NCBI GenBank assembly: GCA_963716175.1
Contig: OY970296.1
Location: forward strand, 1,056,001-1,120,000
Direction of reading: 5' to 3'
Origin: an uncultured Armatimonadetes bacterium
Lineage (GTDB): Bacteria; Armatimonadota; Hebobacteria; Hebobacterales; Hebobacteraceae
DNA: 64,000 nucleotides
Part shown: in pieces, positions 61,899 through 64,000 of the stretch
Layout of the letters: each line of letters starts with the position of its first letter
Numbering within the stretch: the stretch's first letter is position 1
Notes under the pieces: model-generated
Told to the model about the DNA's origin: nothing
Database searches by the model: none
Seen by the model: the letters and a program-made list of their open reading frames with translations, nothing else
Position numbers and translations under genes: made by a program

Positions 61899-63299
61899 AT
61901 GCCCAGCATCCGATACCGATTGGGTGGTGGCCTATCCCGCAAGCAGATAGAGCAGATGCACCAGGCTGCGCTCGACCTCTGCCAGTCGGTAGGCCTGCGC
62001 GTTCCCCACGACGGCATCCGCCGCCGTGCCCTCCAGCACGAAGGCGTGACGGGCCGCGGTGAGACCCTCTTCTTCTCCGCTGAGCTCGTCGCGCAGGCGC
62101 TGGCGCAACTGCGCTATCCCGAGGAGATGCGACAGGCCGATTTCCAGGTGGTATCAGGCGCCTACGAGCTGAACGTGCTCGATATGGACACCGACGAGAT
62201 CCGGCCCGCCACCCTGGCGGACCTGCGCCAGCTCACCAAGCTCCAGGACGCGCTCGGCTTCGTGGGCAGCGCCGCGGTTCGCCCCACCGACGTTCCCGGG
62301 CCCCTCCAGGAGATACTGGAGTACAAGGTCACCTGGGAGAACAGCCGCTGGATTTCCGGGACCGACTATGAGGCGAACGAGAAGTCCACCCCGGAGTCGG
62401 CCGAGATCATCTACGAAATGGCCCAGGTGGCGAACAAGCCCTTCCGCCTCGAGCTTTGGGTGAAGAGCCCCTTCCGCGTTGCCCCCTCCGAGCTGGAGAT
62501 CATCTACCGCTTCCTCGACCGCAAGCCGCCGATGTTCGCTGCCACCATGCCCATCGCCGGCGCCACCGCGCCTGTCTTCTGGCCCGGCGCTTACCTGCAG
62601 AGCATGGCCGAGCTTTGGTCCGGGGTGGCGCTCCTCCACGCGCTCAACCCCGATGTGCCCGTGCAGGCGCTGGTGATTGACAGCATCCGCGCCTACCCCT
62701 TCGACATGAAGAACGCCAGCTTCGTCTACGGCTCGCCCGGCGATGTCATCGCCACCCTCTTCCAGGTCCAGCTCAACGCTCGCTACCGGATTCCAGTGGT
62801 GGCGAAGTCACTGCTCACGAATGCTTGCTGGCCCGATGCCCAGGCCGCCGCCGAGAAGGCCAGCCATACCATGGCCGCTGCGCTCGCGGGCGCGCGCATC
62901 TTCACCAATGCCGGCCTGCTCGCCATTGACGAGATCTTCTCCGCCGAGCAGGCGGTGATTGACGCCGAGATCGTGGCGCACTGCCGCGCCGTGTGCCAGC
63001 CCATCCGCTTCGATGACCAAACCCTGGCCGTGAAAGCCATCAAGGAAGTCGGCATCGGCGGCAGCTTCGTCAGCCATGACTCCACCCTCGACCACTGGCA
63101 GGAGACCGCGGACCGACCCGTGCTCTTCCAGCGGCCCTCCCTCAGCCAATGGCTGCACGCCGGCCAGCCCAGCCTGAGGGATCGCGCCCGCGCTCGCGCC
63201 AGGGAGCTGATCGCCAACCACACCTACTCCCTGCCCGACGATGTCCAGCGCGAGCTCGACCGCATCCTCGACCACGCCCGCAAGACCTTGGTCGGGTGA
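61899..63299 (+). CDS. Trimethylamine methyltransferase (MttB) family protein, non-pyrrolysine
   Basis: GATAPV..GAYLQSMAE; PDAQAAAEK; FSAEQAVIDAEI; IKEVGIGGSF..H..T; no in-frame TAG. Confidence 0.85.
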   Translation: MPSIRYRLGGGLSRKQIEQMHQAALDLCQSVGLRVPHDGIRRRALQHEGVTGRGETLFFSAELVAQALAQLRYPEEMRQADFQVVSGAYELNVLDMDTDEIRPATLADLRQLTKLQDALGFVGSAAVRPTDVPGPLQEILEYKVTWENSRWISGTDYEANEKSTPESAEIIYEMAQVANKPFRLELWVKSPFRVAPSELEIIYRFLDRKPPMFAATMPIAGATAPVFWPGAYLQSMAELWSGVALLHALNPDVPVQALVIDSIRAYPFDMKNASFVYGSPGDVIATLFQVQLNARYRIPVVAKSLLTNACWPDAQAAAEKASHTMAAALAGARIFTNAGLLAIDEIFSAEQAVIDAEIVAHCRAVCQPIRFDDQTLAVKAIKEVGIGGSFVSHDSTLDHWQETADRPVLFQRPSLSQWLHAGQPSLRDRARARARELIANHTYSLPDDVQRELDRILDHARKTLVG

Positions 63300-63443
63300 T
63301 GCCGCCGTTCGTGGGGGAGCCCCTCCGCGGGCTCCCCCAACAGAGCGGGCGCGACACCAGACGCGAGTCGGGCAGGAGACATGTCGCCAGGGGCGACTGA
63401 AGCTCCTGCCCAACGTTCAACCTGCAAGACTCGCGCGCCGCTG

Positions 63444-63878
63444 CTACTCCGGCTTCGCCCTTCCTCCACCCGGCATCTCTTGGGGCATCTGCGGCATCAT
63501 CTGCTGGCAGATCGGGCAGTTCTTGTGCATCTCCATCATCCGCGTCGCCATCTTCGTCCAGTCAATCTTGATCTCTGCCTCTTTCTGCAGCCTCAGATCC
63601 TGATCGTACTTCAGCAGCTCATCCCCGATCATGACATAGACGCCGTCCGGGGCGGCCACCATGATCCTCTGGCCCATCATGGTGTGGAAGGGGCACTGGG
63701 CCATCATGCCGCGGCCCATGCCGGCCCCCGCGCCAGGACCCATCCTTCCTCCTCCTCCTCTGCCTCCGCCCATCACACCCCGGCCCATCCTGCCCCCGCC
63801 TCGAGCGGCGTAGGCGACTACTACCAGCACCATCAGCAACACCAGCGCCAGCGCGATCATCTTCCAGCCACGTCTCAT
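63444..63878 (-). CDS. Exported Gly/Met-rich hypothetical protein
   Basis: Signal peptide; GGAGGGAG RBS; CPFH and CPIC motifs. Confidence 0.7.
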   Translation of the reverse strand: MRRGWKMIALALVLLMVLVVVAYAARGGGRMGRGVMGGGRGGGGRMGPGAGAGMGRGMMAQCPFHTMMGQRIMVAAPDGVYVMIGDELLKYDQDLRLQKEAEIKIDWTKMATRMMEMHKNCPICQQMMPQMPQEMPGGGRAKPE

Positions 63879-64000
63879 CTCTCTCCCTCCGGCATGCTGA
63901 GTTCGGCTCGTATCTTACTATCTGCGGCTGGCGAAGCCTTCCCTCTTGCCCCTCAAATGTGTGCCTCTGGGACATTCCTGTCGGGTTTCTGGACAGAAGC

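Noticed and set aside
61899-63299. Pyrrolysine recoding in MttB
   Set aside because: The ORF is full length with no in-frame amber codon, and no pyl genes are present.

Overview
High-GC bacterial window. The SLH motif style (RDQMAVYIARAL-GG) and gene content suggest Armatimonadota, which is an inference. The left half (1-32 kb) is accessory. From 0.5 to 10 kb, co-oriented single genes (two pectin-lyase-like beta-helix proteins, an M14 peptidase, a PIG-L deacetylase, a tautomerase and a GH9 fragment) are separated by an unnamed ~55-70 bp nested-hairpin repeat with 8 copies in the window. Next come an IS256-bounded island, a tRNA-Phe lacking its 5' acceptor strand, a heparinase II/III-like lyase, SLH surface proteins, an XRE-ImmA/DUF4411 PIN pair and tRNA-Ser(GGA). 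The right half is mostly core genome: a cell-envelope locus (GT4, polysaccharide deacetylase, two paralogous SLH proteins, HD-GYP, HddA-like kinase), a DUF2089/DUF4097 operon, HAD-thiD-pyrG, NifU, ModA, DUF4349, a Fic gene inside IS1-type ends, a LysM protein, DUF4127, an XRE regulator and a non-pyrrolysine MttB. The best candidate for an undescribed system is the hairpin-punctuated, roughly one-gene-per-interval array. No CRISPR array, rRNA or integrase was found. All family assignments come from motif recognition by eye, not database searches.
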